Source: Deltaproteobacteria bacterium (GTDB lineage Bacteria; SAR324; JACQKK01). Taken from it: a stretch of DNA of 64,000 nucleotides. Positions 9,985-20,119 of the stretch are shown here, in pieces. The position numbers and the translations under genes are program-made. The number at the start of each line of letters is the position of its first letter. The stretch's first letter is position 1. The notes beneath the pieces are model-generated. The model did not search any database. It was not told where the DNA came from and was given only the letters and a program-made list of their open reading frames with translations. The stretch is taken from contig JAOUEW010000005.1 of NCBI GenBank assembly GCA_029858505.1, forward strand, positions 42,880 to 106,879. The letters are read 5' to 3'.

Positions 9985-11447
9985 CCGGGGTCTTTCTGGC
10001 CAACAAGGCCTATCTGCTTCACGCCACCTACCTCTTGGCCTCTTTGGCCTTTGTGCTGGGCCTGCGAGACATGAACTCGGCCCGCACCGCCCGCCGGGGC
10101 ATGTTCTTGGCCGAGGGCGGCATGTTGCTGGCCATCATCGGCACCCTGCTGCACCAAGAAATCGTCACCTTCGAGTGGATTGCCGCCGGTTTGGTGGTGG
10201 GCTCGCTGGTGGGTATTCCCATGGGGTTGTGGATTCCCATGACCGCCGTTCCCCAGCGGACGGCCCTGTCTCACGCCTTTGGGGCGCTGGCGGTGGCCCT
10301 GGTGGGGGTGGCTCACTTTTACGGGGCTTACGGCCTGGGCGAAGTGCTGGGCCCCTGGTGGCACGGCCTCACCGGGGCCGACCTGACCGTCTTGCCGGTG
10401 GAAGGCCTGACCCTGTTCGAGCGCGCCGCCCTGGGGTTCGAGGTCATCTTGGGTTCCCTCACCTTCACCGGATCGCTGGTGGCGGCTGGCAAGCTGCAGG
10501 GCACCCTGCCGGGCCGGCCCATCACCTACCGGGGGCAGAACATCATCAACATGTTGGTCATTGTGCTGATGGTGGGCTTGTGGGGTTACGTGGTGGCCCA
10601 CCCGGAGCAGTCGCACCTGTTTTACGCCTTGGTGGGGGTTTCCCTGGTGTTTGGGCTGTCGCTGGTGCTGCCCATCGGGTCGGCCGACATGCCGGTGGTC
10701 ATCGCCATCTTAAACTCCTACGGGGGGTTGGCCGCTTCGGCCACGGGCTTTGCCCTGTCAAACAACGTGCTGATTATCGCCGGAGCCCTGGACGGCGGGT
10801 CGGGGCTGATCCTCTCGCTGCTGATGTGCAAAGCCATGAACCGCTCGTGGGGCAACGTGTTGTTTGGGGCCTTTGGCAAGGCGCCTGAAGCGGGCCAAGC
10901 CGCCGACACCGAGGGGCTGGTGGTGAAACCCACCGACCTGGAAGAAGCCCACATGATTCTGGACATGGCCGAATCGGTGATTATCGTTCCAGGATTTGGC
11001 ATGGCCGCCGCCCAGGCCCAGCATGCCCTGCGGGATTTTGCCATTCAGTTGGAAAAAAAGGGGGTGAAGGTGCGCTATGCCATTCACCCAGTGGCCGGGC
11101 GGATGCCAGGGCACATGAACGTGCTGCTGGCCGAGGCCAACGTGCCCTACGACCAATTGTTCGACCTGGATCACATCAACGATGATTTCAAAACCACCAG
11201 CGTGGCCCTGGTGGTGGGGGCCAACGACGTGGTGAACCCCGCCGCCAAAGAAGACCCTTCCAGCCCCATCTTTGGAATGCCCATTCTGAACGTGGACGAG
11301 GCCCGCACGGTCATCATCTTAAAGCGGGGCATGAGCCCAGGGTTTTCCGGGGTGGAAAATTTGCTGTTCTACAAAGACAACGCCCGCATGTTGTTTGGCG
11401 ATGCCAAGGCCTCGTTGGCCACCCTGGCGGCCAAAATGAAAGAATAA
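9981..11447 (+). CDS. pntB: NAD(P) transhydrogenase subunit beta
   Basis: IGSADMPVVI, CKAMNRS, IHPVAGRMPGHMNVLLAEA, GANDVVNP. Confidence 0.97.
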   Translation: MTGVFLANKAYLLHATYLLASLAFVLGLRDMNSARTARRGMFLAEGGMLLAIIGTLLHQEIVTFEWIAAGLVVGSLVGIPMGLWIPMTAVPQRTALSHAFGALAVALVGVAHFYGAYGLGEVLGPWWHGLTGADLTVLPVEGLTLFERAALGFEVILGSLTFTGSLVAAGKLQGTLPGRPITYRGQNIINMLVIVLMVGLWGYVVAHPEQSHLFYALVGVSLVFGLSLVLPIGSADMPVVIAILNSYGGLAASATGFALSNNVLIIAGALDGGSGLILSLLMCKAMNRSWGNVLFGAFGKAPEAGQAADTEGLVVKPTDLEEAHMILDMAESVIIVPGFGMAAAQAQHALRDFAIQLEKKGVKVRYAIHPVAGRMPGHMNVLLAEANVPYDQLFDLDHINDDFKTTSVALVVGANDVVNPAAKEDPSSPIFGMPILNVDEARTVIILKRGMSPGFSGVENLLFYKDNARMLFGDAKASLATLAAKMKE

Positions 11448-11686
11448 ACCAAGTGTACGAAAAGCCATGAAAGAGCAGGGCTTGATGATTGGGCCGTGGG
11501 CCTTGATGATAGGGCCGAAGGCCTAGAACATCGGGCCAAGCCGTTCAAACATATCCATGCTCCGGGGGGAAATCACAGGGCAAAAAAACCGTCTGGCGAA
11601 TTTAAGGTTTCTTTTTTTGCCCGGTTCCGATAGGAAAAAGAAGACAATGTCTTTGTTTTCCTTCACCTCTATTTGAATATTTCCCC

Positions 11687-12868
11687 ATGGCCACCCGGAA
11701 CGACCCCAACGCCAACGCCTTCTTCCGATCCGTCCAAGCGGGAGAAGAAGGCTTTGACTCGGAAAAGTTCCTGCTGGAGGTGAAAAACGCCTTCCAATCG
11801 GAGGAAATTTCTCACGAAGTCCATTGGCGCATCCAAGTCCTCAAAGAAATCTACGAAAACCCCGAATACCAAGACGTGGGCGACGGCCTGAAGGGCCGCC
11901 TGTCCAAAATATTCGCCACCTCTACCGATGAAAACGAAATTCTGCGGCAGCTGAAAGACCTGACCGAAGTAGAGGGAGCCAAGGGGAATAAAATTGACCT
12001 GCGTACCTTCACCAAGCGGGAAAAACGGGTGCTGGGTGAAATGGACTACCGCAAGGTGCTTAACCGAAAATTGGTGAACACCAAAACCCAGGTCGACAAC
12101 CTGCTGCTGTTCTTCCCCGACAAACAAGCCGAGTTGAATAAGTTTACCCAAGAGATCTCCGGCCTGGCCAACCAGGCCAAGGCCCCCGGAACCCCCGTTC
12201 AAGACCTGAAAAAAATTGAAGACAGCTTGCGCAGCGGCCAGTTGTTTAAGGTGTACGAAAACCTGAAAGAACAGTTCCTGCGCCAATGGCTGGAAAAATT
12301 CGGCGGTATGAACAAGTCTCAGGTGGAAGGGATGGACCCCAAGCAGATTCAGCGGATGATTATGGAGCACCAGCGCCACCAGATGACCCAGCTGCTGAAA
12401 ACCCAGATCAAGCCCAACGACACCGACATGTCGGACCATCTGGCCCCCCACGACACCATGGAGTGCAATTACAAAGAGAAAAAATTCTGGGGTGCCGCCA
12501 ACAGCCACGTGAAGGAAGAATTCAAAAAGTGGATCATGTCGGTGATTCAGGCCTTCGGTATTATCAAGGGCCACCGCTACGCTTTCTTTCAAAACGAAAA
12601 AGAGCCGGACCAAATGCTGCTGTTCGGCATTGGGGTCTCTGGGTTTTCTAAAAAAGAAGAAAACATGGTGGACATGGTCCCCTTTATTAAGCCCTTTACC
12701 CGCAAGGCCAACTTTTTGTTAGAAATCCGCCACCGAGAAATTGGCAACGACGACCAATACTTCAGCCAGCTGCGCCACTATGTGCTGCCCTTCGTGTTCG
12801 GTTTCGATTCCATGGAGGGATTCAAAATGCACCAGGACCTGATCCAGTTTTTCACCAGCAAATACTAG
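11687..12868 (+). CDS. Hypothetical protein (Lys/Glu-rich, helical)
   Basis: 393-aa ORF with protein-like composition; no motif recognised. Confidence 0.8.
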   Translation: MATRNDPNANAFFRSVQAGEEGFDSEKFLLEVKNAFQSEEISHEVHWRIQVLKEIYENPEYQDVGDGLKGRLSKIFATSTDENEILRQLKDLTEVEGAKGNKIDLRTFTKREKRVLGEMDYRKVLNRKLVNTKTQVDNLLLFFPDKQAELNKFTQEISGLANQAKAPGTPVQDLKKIEDSLRSGQLFKVYENLKEQFLRQWLEKFGGMNKSQVEGMDPKQIQRMIMEHQRHQMTQLLKTQIKPNDTDMSDHLAPHDTMECNYKEKKFWGAANSHVKEEFKKWIMSVIQAFGIIKGHRYAFFQNEKEPDQMLLFGIGVSGFSKKEENMVDMVPFIKPFTRKANFLLEIRHREIGNDDQYFSQLRHYVLPFVFGFDSMEGFKMHQDLIQFFTSKY

Positions 12869-12897
12869 CCGCCCCCCGATCTCTCCGATCTGCCCCC

Positions 12898-14214
12898 ATG
12901 CCCCCCAGCCCCCTGCTTTCTGCCGCTGAACTGGAACCCTTTCGCCAGCGGGGGGTGATCATCCCCCGCCCGGACCTGGTGGCGGTGGCGAAAGACGTTT
13001 CCCCCGAGGCCTTGGCCCCTGGGGCCGTGCTGCACCCGTTTTGTAGGTTGAGCGGAGCGGCTACCCGGGTGGGGCCCGGCGCGGTGCTGGGAGAAGGCGG
13101 GGCGGTGACCCTGCAAGACGTGTGGGTGGGAGAAGGCGCCAGGGTGGGCACCATGGGGCCGGTGGCCGCCAAAACCTGCGCCATGGGCCCCGGCACCGTG
13201 CTGGGCTCAGGGGCGGTGGAAGACGCGGTGTTCTTGGGCAAAGAAGGCCCCCAGCCAGAGATTACCTGCGGGCTGGGGTTCCGGGTGCGAAAAGGATCGC
13301 TGTACGAGGAAGACGCCTCCTCTGGCCAGCAGACCGACACCAAGATGACCGTGCTGTTCCCCTGGGTCACCCTGGGCAGCAACGTGAACTGGTGCGACCT
13401 GCTGATGGCCGGGGGCACTGGCCCTGGCCTGGGAGACTTCTCCGAGGTGGGCAGCGGAGCGGTGCATTTTAATTACTCCCCCAGGGGAGACAAGGCCACC
13501 GGCAGCCTGCTGGGCCACGTGACGGGGGTGTTCCTGCGCTCGCCCCGGCTGTTTTTGGGGGGCAACCTAAGTTTGCTCGGCCCGGCCCAGGCCGAATTTG
13601 GCGCCGAAACCGGCGCCGGCAACCGGTACGCCAAAAAACTGCGGGCCGGCTGGAACGCCCCCCAGGTACTCCCCAAGGACCGGTCGTTCGATTCGTCTTT
13701 GTATGGGAACCTGTCCTGGGTATGGCAGAGTCAGCTGGATTATTTGGGGCAGTTGGCGGCCCTGATGGCCTGGTACCGCCAGGTGAGAATCCCCCTGGCC
13801 CAGGGCCGGGTGGAACAAGAAACCGTGTACCGGCGGGGGCTGGCGGTGCTGGAACTGAACCGCGCCGAACGCGTTCATCAACTGGCGGGCTGGGCGGCAC
13901 GGGTGGAGCAGGGGCTTTCCCGGCTGGAGGCTGGCCACCCCCAAGACCCCCGCCTGCCCCAGCACCGGGCCCTGGCCCTGGGCTGGCCCCAAGCCGCCCA
14001 GCGGCTGGCCGCCCCCATGGCAGAACCCCCCGCCCCGGCAGACCTGCGCCTGGGGCTAGAAACCTCCGCCGGGCGGCAGACCCCCTGGCGCTACACCAAA
14101 ATCATCCAGGGCCTTACCACCGGGCAAGCCAAGGCCGGGGAGGCTTGGCTGCAATCGGTAGCCCAACAGGCCGTGCCGGAAGACCTGTACCGGCTGGTAC
14201 CCGCCCTCTCTTGA
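12898..14214 (+). CDS. Left-handed beta-helix (hexapeptide repeat) protein, GlmU acetyltransferase-like
   Basis: Hexapeptide-like repeats (RVGPGAVLGEG, WVGEGARVG, AMGPGTVLGSG, SEVGSGAVHFNY); helical C-terminus; no N-terminal pyrophosphorylase motif. Confidence 0.65.
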   Translation: MPPSPLLSAAELEPFRQRGVIIPRPDLVAVAKDVSPEALAPGAVLHPFCRLSGAATRVGPGAVLGEGGAVTLQDVWVGEGARVGTMGPVAAKTCAMGPGTVLGSGAVEDAVFLGKEGPQPEITCGLGFRVRKGSLYEEDASSGQQTDTKMTVLFPWVTLGSNVNWCDLLMAGGTGPGLGDFSEVGSGAVHFNYSPRGDKATGSLLGHVTGVFLRSPRLFLGGNLSLLGPAQAEFGAETGAGNRYAKKLRAGWNAPQVLPKDRSFDSSLYGNLSWVWQSQLDYLGQLAALMAWYRQVRIPLAQGRVEQETVYRRGLAVLELNRAERVHQLAGWAARVEQGLSRLEAGHPQDPRLPQHRALALGWPQAAQRLAAPMAEPPAPADLRLGLETSAGRQTPWRYTKIIQGLTTGQAKAGEAWLQSVAQQAVPEDLYRLVPALS

Positions 14215-14343
14215 CTCGAAGCCAGCAGTTATTCTTTGCAACCGTTCGGAAAACATAGACTGGGCGGAAGCAATCACATCACCCACCGGATTCGATTTAT
14301 TTCCCCTCCACGAAGGGGAGGGGATGCCCCCGACAGGGGGCAG
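14214..14343. repeat. REP/REPIN-like half element (linker plus head A, reverse)
   Basis: 84-bp linker ACTCGAAGCC(14214)...GGATTCGATT(14297), then TTTCCCCTCCACGAAGGGGAGGGGATGCCCCC; sits between convergent genes. Confidence 0.85.
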
Positions 14344-14347
14344 AAAA

Positions 14348-16879
14348 TTAAGATCCGCGCTTTTTCTTCCCTTTCGTTTCCATCATCCGATCCGGCTGGG
14401 GGGTGACCCCCCAAATCTCTTTGGCATAGCGGCGGATGGTGGCATCGGAAGAGAAGCGCCCCATCTTGGCCACGTTGAGGATGGACATCCTCGTCCATTC
14501 ATCGGGCCGGGCGTACGACTCTCCCACCCGGCGCTGGCAGGCCGCGTAGGCGGTGAAATCGGCCAGGGCCATGAAGGGGTCGTTGAACATCAGGTTATCG
14601 GCCAACCCGCTAAAGCGCCCTGGGTCATCGGGGCTGAAGGTTCCGTTGCGCACCGCGTCCAGGGCCATCCGCAGGTGGGGGTCTAAGTTGTAAAACACCT
14701 TGGGGTCATAGCCCTGGCGCTGCAACGCCGCCACCTGTTCCGCCGTCAGCCCAAAGATGAACATGTTTTCCTCCCCCACCGCTTCTTGAATCTCCACATT
14801 GGCGCCATCCAGGGTGCCAATGGTCACGGCCCCGTTCAGGGAAAGTTTCATGTTGCCCGTGCCAGAGGCCTCGGTTCCAGCCAAAGAAATCTGCTCCGAC
14901 ACATCGGCGGCGGGCATGATTTTTTCGGCCAGAGACACGCTGTAGTCGGCCAGGAACACCACTTTCAACAGGCCTTTCATGGCCGGGTCGGCGTTCACCA
15001 CCCGGGCCACCGAGTTGATGAGATGAATGGTGGTCTTGGCGATGTGGTAGGCCGGGGCGGCCTTTCCGGCGAACAAAAACAACCGGGGGGGCGTGCCCGC
15101 CGGGGGCGGGGCGGCTTTGTAAGCCAAGTACAAGCTGATGACATGCAGAATATTCATCGTCTGGCGCTTGTATTCGTGAATGCGCTTCACCTGCACGTCA
15201 AACAACGCGTTGGGGTCCACCGTCACCCCGTATTGGCGCTCGATATACCCCCCCAAGCGGGCTTTGTTCTCCCGCTTCACCCGGCGCCACGCCTCGCGGA
15301 ACGAGGGGTCTTCCGCCAGGGAAACCAGCCCCTCCAACCGGTCCAGGTCCCGCACCCATTCCGGCCCCAGGGCGTGGGTTAGCAACCCCGCCAGCCCAGG
15401 GTTGCATTTCAACAGCCAACGACGGGGGGTAATGCCGTTGGTTTTGTTGTTGAACAACCCAGGGAAGTGCTGGTGAAAATCGGGGAAGACCCGCTCTTTC
15501 AATATTTCGGTGTGCAGGCGCGAAACGCCGTTCACCGAGAAACTGCCCACGATGGCCAAATGGGCCATGCGAACCGAGCGGTTGGGGCCTTCGGCAATCA
15601 GGCTCATGCGGGCCAGCTTGGCGTGGTCATCGGGATACTTGGCGTGGATGTCCTCCATGAACCGCCGGTTGATCTCGTAGATAATTTCCAAATGCCGCGG
15701 CAGCACCCGGCCAATCAGTTCCACCGCCCAGGTTTCCAGGGCCTCTGGCAGCACGGTGTGGTTGGTGTAGGCAAACGACCGCCGGGTCACCTCCCAAGCC
15801 TCTTCCCACTCAAAGTCGTGGGCATCCATCAGCAGGCGCATCAACTCGGCCACGGCAATGGCCGGGTGGGTGTCGTTCAGCTGAAACACGGCGTGGTCGG
15901 GGATTTTGCTCATGTCTCCCCCGGTTAGGGTTGCCACCCTGGCCAGGGCGTCTTGCAGCGAGGCCGACACGAAAAAGTATTCCTGCTTCAGCCGCAGTTC
16001 TTTGCCCGCCTGGGCCGAGTCGTTGGGGTAGAGCACCCGGGTAATGTTTTCGGTGATGTTTTTCTCTTCCACCGCCTGAATGTAATCGCCCCGGTTGAAG
16101 TAAGAAAAGTTGAACTCGCGGGTAGACTTGGCCACCCACAGCCGCAGGGTGTTCACCGTGTCGTTGCGAAAGCCCGCCACGGGCACGTCATGGGCCAGGG
16201 CCATCACTTGCTCTTGGCTTTCCCATTCCCGGTGCACCCGGCCGGTGCTGTCGGTCACCGCCCGCACCGACCCATAGAAATTCACCGGATACAACCGCTC
16301 CGGGCGTTGAATTTCCCAGGGGTTGCCATAGCGCAGCCAGCCGTCGGGGTGTTCCACCTGAATGCCATCTACCAGCACCTGCTTAAAAATGCCGTATTCG
16401 TAGCGAATGCCGTATCCCACCGCCGGAATGCCCAGGGCCGCCATGGAATCTAAAAAACAGGCGGCCAGCCTGCCCAGCCCCCCGTTGCCCAGACCCATGT
16501 CCCACTCCTGGTTCAGCACGCCTCCCAGGTCGGTGTTCAGGCCCGCCATGGCCTCACGGAATTCTTCCAGAATTCCCAGGTTGATCAGGGCGTCTTCCAA
16601 CAAACGCCCGGTGAGAAACTCCAGCGACAGGTAATACACCCATTTTTCCTTTTTCTCGTGATAGGTCTGCTGGGTGCGGTGCCACCGGTCGAACATGCGG
16701 TCACGGGTGGTAAAGGCCGCGCTCTTGAAAAAATCGAGGGGGGTGGCGGTGTATTGATCTTTGCCCTGGGTGAACTCCATGTGATGGAGAAACCCCTGCT
16801 GCAGGGCATCGGAATCCATGGCTAAATTCAGGGAGTCTAAAACGGAAAGTTCTGGTTTGGCGGGTTTTCTGGGGCTCAT
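14348..16879 (-). CDS. glgP: Glycogen/maltodextrin phosphorylase
   Basis: GLGNGGLGRLAACF, QLNDTHP, KRIHEYKRQ, PLP-lysine motif EASGTGNMK; GGAGG RBS before ATG 16879. Confidence 0.97.
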   Translation of the reverse strand: MSPRKPAKPELSVLDSLNLAMDSDALQQGFLHHMEFTQGKDQYTATPLDFFKSAAFTTRDRMFDRWHRTQQTYHEKKEKWVYYLSLEFLTGRLLEDALINLGILEEFREAMAGLNTDLGGVLNQEWDMGLGNGGLGRLAACFLDSMAALGIPAVGYGIRYEYGIFKQVLVDGIQVEHPDGWLRYGNPWEIQRPERLYPVNFYGSVRAVTDSTGRVHREWESQEQVMALAHDVPVAGFRNDTVNTLRLWVAKSTREFNFSYFNRGDYIQAVEEKNITENITRVLYPNDSAQAGKELRLKQEYFFVSASLQDALARVATLTGGDMSKIPDHAVFQLNDTHPAIAVAELMRLLMDAHDFEWEEAWEVTRRSFAYTNHTVLPEALETWAVELIGRVLPRHLEIIYEINRRFMEDIHAKYPDDHAKLARMSLIAEGPNRSVRMAHLAIVGSFSVNGVSRLHTEILKERVFPDFHQHFPGLFNNKTNGITPRRWLLKCNPGLAGLLTHALGPEWVRDLDRLEGLVSLAEDPSFREAWRRVKRENKARLGGYIERQYGVTVDPNALFDVQVKRIHEYKRQTMNILHVISLYLAYKAAPPPAGTPPRLFLFAGKAAPAYHIAKTTIHLINSVARVVNADPAMKGLLKVVFLADYSVSLAEKIMPAADVSEQISLAGTEASGTGNMKLSLNGAVTIGTLDGANVEIQEAVGEENMFIFGLTAEQVAALQRQGYDPKVFYNLDPHLRMALDAVRNGTFSPDDPGRFSGLADNLMFNDPFMALADFTAYAACQRRVGESYARPDEWTRMSILNVAKMGRFSSDATIRRYAKEIWGVTPQPDRMMETKGKKKRGS

Positions 16880-17181
16880 GTCGGCCCTCCTTTCACCGGG
16901 TGGGAACCACAACCGTGGAATGCCTCCCCCATCCTATGAAAAAAACGCCCAAGATGAAAGAACGGGTGAATGAAAGTCCCAACAGGATGATTTCCCCGCA
17001 AAAGGGGGAGATCATTTTCCGGTAGCGGGGGATTGGGTGCACAGCCCCCCAAAAGAATCCCCCTTCCCTCAGGGCAGGAGGCAGGGGGATGGAGAATGGG
17101 AGATGGGAATAAGCAGGTAAAGAAAAAGTTGCGAAATTTTGATGCTTAACATGAGGGGCCGATACTTATGCTCTGCAAAGA

Positions 17182-17760
17182 TTAATGGTGGTCAGGCTCG
17201 TTACGCAGAAAGGGAACAAACCGCAAGGCTGGCAGGTCCAGCAGCAGATGGGTGTAGTGCCCCATCACCGCGGCCACCACGTACATCCAATCGTCTTGCA
17301 GCATGCGCCCCACGTTGGCCCAAGAAAACCCCGACAACCAAGCTTCTTTGGCCCGGAAGTATTCCCACACCACCGCCAACACCGCCGACAACACCCAGGG
17401 AGTTGCCAGGCTGTGGGTCCAGCCCCGGTGGTGGTCCAGCATGGGGGCCAGGGTGGCCAGGGTCACCACGGCAAACAGGTCCATGCGCCCCTGCCAAGCC
17501 AGCCCCACCAGCACAGCCGCCATGGCCCGCAAAAACCAGCGCTGAGGAATGGAGGGGGTGTCTATGTCTGGAAACAGGGCCATGAACACGGCCGTTAAAA
17601 ACATGCCCCCCAGGGTGTAAAAATCTGGTGAAGCAAAGGGAGAATACAGCATTTGGCGCAGGGCGGAGTCATCGAGGGATATGGCCCCCGACACCCCGCC
17701 CAAGGCCACCGCCGCGGCACCCGCCGCCAATCCCCCCCGCATATGCCCCATGAATTGCAT
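17182..17760 (-). CDS. Membrane-bound metal-dependent hydrolase (YdjM/DUF457-like)
   Basis: GH near N-terminus, FPDID, HHRGWTHS, GHYTHLLLD. Confidence 0.85.
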   Translation of the reverse strand: MQFMGHMRGGLAAGAAAVALGGVSGAISLDDSALRQMLYSPFASPDFYTLGGMFLTAVFMALFPDIDTPSIPQRWFLRAMAAVLVGLAWQGRMDLFAVVTLATLAPMLDHHRGWTHSLATPWVLSAVLAVVWEYFRAKEAWLSGFSWANVGRMLQDDWMYVVAAVMGHYTHLLLDLPALRFVPFLRNEPDHH

Positions 17761-17785
17761 CGCTCGTCCTTGAGGGAAAGGGCTT

Positions 17786-18310
17786 CTACCGCCGGAACAC
17801 ATAATGGGCGTAATGACCGCCCACCAATGCCAGCACCATGAACCAATGCACCCGGAAGGTCATCCAGATCACTTCTGGGTTCAGCGCCCGCAGCAGATCA
17901 ATGTTGTTCTGGGTGTAATTCAACAAAATCAGCAGCAGCAAGCCCATCCCCCAGGGGGCCGCCGGGTGGGCCAACAGTCGCCGGTTGGTGATGGCCCCCG
18001 GCACCACCGCCAGAAACGTGATCAGCACAAACAGGTCCAGTCGGCGAACCATCAGCGACAACACCAGCCCCGCTGCCAGCAGCCAGCCTTGAGGGTTTTG
18101 AAAGCCTTCCGGGGTTTCTCCCCCCGCCCAATGGGCCGCCACCACCGCCAGCAGCACCAGGGTCAAAAGCACCATGATTCCCCCCAGGGAAATGTTTTCA
18201 CTGCCAAAACTAGAGGAAGTGAGGCTGACATAGCGCAGCAGCAACGCCGCCACGGCGGCCACCGCACCGGCGGCCAGACCCTGCATCATGGGTGGAGACA
18301 GTTTGTTCAT
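17786..18310 (-). CDS. Membrane protein, degenerate paralog of the adjacent hydrolase
   Basis: Colinear similarity to 17182-17760 (GLAAGA, PQxW, RxDLF, PW, GHYxH) but lacks PDID and HRGxTH. Confidence 0.75.
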   Translation of the reverse strand: MNKLSPPMMQGLAAGAVAAVAALLLRYVSLTSSSFGSENISLGGIMVLLTLVLLAVVAAHWAGGETPEGFQNPQGWLLAAGLVLSLMVRRLDLFVLITFLAVVPGAITNRRLLAHPAAPWGMGLLLLILLNYTQNNIDLLRALNPEVIWMTFRVHWFMVLALVGGHYAHYVFRR

Positions 18311-18623
18311 GGGAACCGGAATGGTTAGAGTGAAAAGTGTAAAATAGATGGGTTAGAGGAAGGGGATGGAAATCACCCCCCATTGAAACGCAAACCGACG
18401 GCAAGAGGCCATGGTCTCTGCTTGCCTAAAGCAAAAACCATCGGCTGAAATAAACGCAGGGCAGTAGAATCACCCTCTTCCAGTTTTCCTGACTCTACCT
18501 TACCCTGGCATGAACCTTTACACGGATGCTCTTTATCCTGGACCTCACCTTTGAAACAAAACCTTACCCTGAAATCCAACCCTTGCCAATCAACCCGGCC
18601 AGGGACAAACGGAACCCCTGAAC

Positions 18624-19139
18624 ATGCCCAACCCCCCAGGTTTTGAAACATCCGGTTTGTTGGTGTTGACCCTGACCGGGCTGGAACACACCCGGCAGGC
18701 AGGAGTGGCCCTGGGCCAAGCGCTGCCCCCCCATGCCGTGGTGCTGCTGACCGGCCCCCTGGGGGCGGGGAAAACCACCCTGGCCAAGGGCATCGCCGAA
18801 GGGTTGGGGGTCAACCCCCAGGTGGTCATCTCCCCCACCTACACCCTGGTGAACGTGTACCCCGGGCGGCAGACCGTGTATCACGTGGATTTGTACCGGT
18901 TGGAACGCCCAGAAGCGCTTCAAGACATGGACCAAGACGACTGGCTGAACCCGGAAGGCCCCACCCTGCTGGAATGGCCCCAGGCGGCCCTGCCCTGGCT
19001 GTCCGGAATCGACTGCCTGGAGATTGAACTGTCCCCGGAAACGGACAACCCCCAGGCCCGCCGCCTACGGGCCAAAGGGCCAGTGGGGTACCAGGGAGCC
19101 TTGGAGGCGTTGGGAGGGCTTTCATGGGGGAAAGAATAG
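18624..19139 (+). CDS. tsaE: tRNA threonylcarbamoyladenosine biosynthesis ATPase TsaE
   Basis: GPLGAGKTT, SPTYTL, HVDLYRL, LLEW. Confidence 0.95.
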   Translation: MPNPPGFETSGLLVLTLTGLEHTRQAGVALGQALPPHAVVLLTGPLGAGKTTLAKGIAEGLGVNPQVVISPTYTLVNVYPGRQTVYHVDLYRLERPEALQDMDQDDWLNPEGPTLLEWPQAALPWLSGIDCLEIELSPETDNPQARRLRAKGPVGYQGALEALGGLSWGKE

Positions 19140-19176
19140 CGGATAGATCCATGTTTCCTGGTTATTCACCCCGCCG

Positions 19177-19385
19177 AACAACACCCCTGCCCCGGGGGCT
19201 TCCCCTCCCCTTCGTGGAGGGGAAATACATTGAAGCCGGTGGGTGATGCGAGGACTTCCGTCCAGTCTATGTTTTCTGAACGGATGATTTGATGTGCCGA
19301 TGACTTCGAGTAACGGGTGCTGTTGGGGAATGATGGGTAATGAATAAATAGCCGTTGGATTCGAGTAACGGGTGCTGTTGGGTTG
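19177..19385. repeat. REP/REPIN-like element (head A, linker, duplicated end)
   Basis: CCCTCCCCTTCGTGGAGGGGAAATA, linker 19228-19311, and TTCGAGTAACGGGTGCTGTTGGG present twice. Confidence 0.8.
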
Positions 19386-19444
19386 ACCTGCCCACCCCAT
19401 GCCAGCTCATTCTAAGAACAGGGATAGACCCCAGAAAGAACGCC

Positions 19445-20119
19445 ATGACCCACGCCCTGGCCCTAGACACTTCCAGCGACGACCTGACCCTGGCCCTGAT
19501 GAAAGATGGCCAGGTGGCCGCCAGCCTGCAGCAGCCCATGGGGCGGCAAATCAACGCCCGCATTTTAGATGAAATCCACCGCCTGCTGACCCAGGAGGGG
19601 CTCACCCCCCGGCAGTTAGACCTGATCGGCGTGTCGGTGGGGCCCGGCTCCTTCACCGGCACACGGGTGGGCATGGCCCTGGCCCTGACCTTTGGGCAAG
19701 TGCTGAACAAACCGGTGATTGGGATCGATACCCTGCGGGTGATGGCCGCCCAAACCACCCCCCGGGCAGAGCCGTTTTTGTGCGTGCTGCATTGCTCGCG
19801 GGATGAAGTGTTCATGGCCCGTTATCAATGGGGGCCAACCGGGTATCCCCAGCGGCTGGATGATATTTCCATGGCTCTGCTGGAGGAATTCCCCGGCCGG
19901 GCCCAGAGCCTGCCCCTGGTCTGGCGCAGCCTCACCCCCCGCTGGGGGGAGGATGTTCCCCCCCAGTTGGCCGGGTTGGAGCGCCTGCCCCTGACCCACC
20001 CCAGGGGCCCCCGGCTGCTGGCCCTGGCCCTGGAAGACCGGCAGAACACCCCCGGCCCCTTTCCCCCGCCCGTTCCCCTGTACATCAAATCGGAGGCCTT
20101 CCGGCAATGGAAACCCTAG
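19445..20119 (+). CDS. tsaB: tRNA threonylcarbamoyladenosine biosynthesis protein TsaB
   Basis: LALDTS, GPGSFTGTRVG, C-terminal PLYIK. Confidence 0.93.
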   Translation: MTHALALDTSSDDLTLALMKDGQVAASLQQPMGRQINARILDEIHRLLTQEGLTPRQLDLIGVSVGPGSFTGTRVGMALALTFGQVLNKPVIGIDTLRVMAAQTTPRAEPFLCVLHCSRDEVFMARYQWGPTGYPQRLDDISMALLEEFPGRAQSLPLVWRSLTPRWGEDVPPQLAGLERLPLTHPRGPRLLALALEDRQNTPGPFPPPVPLYIKSEAFRQWKP

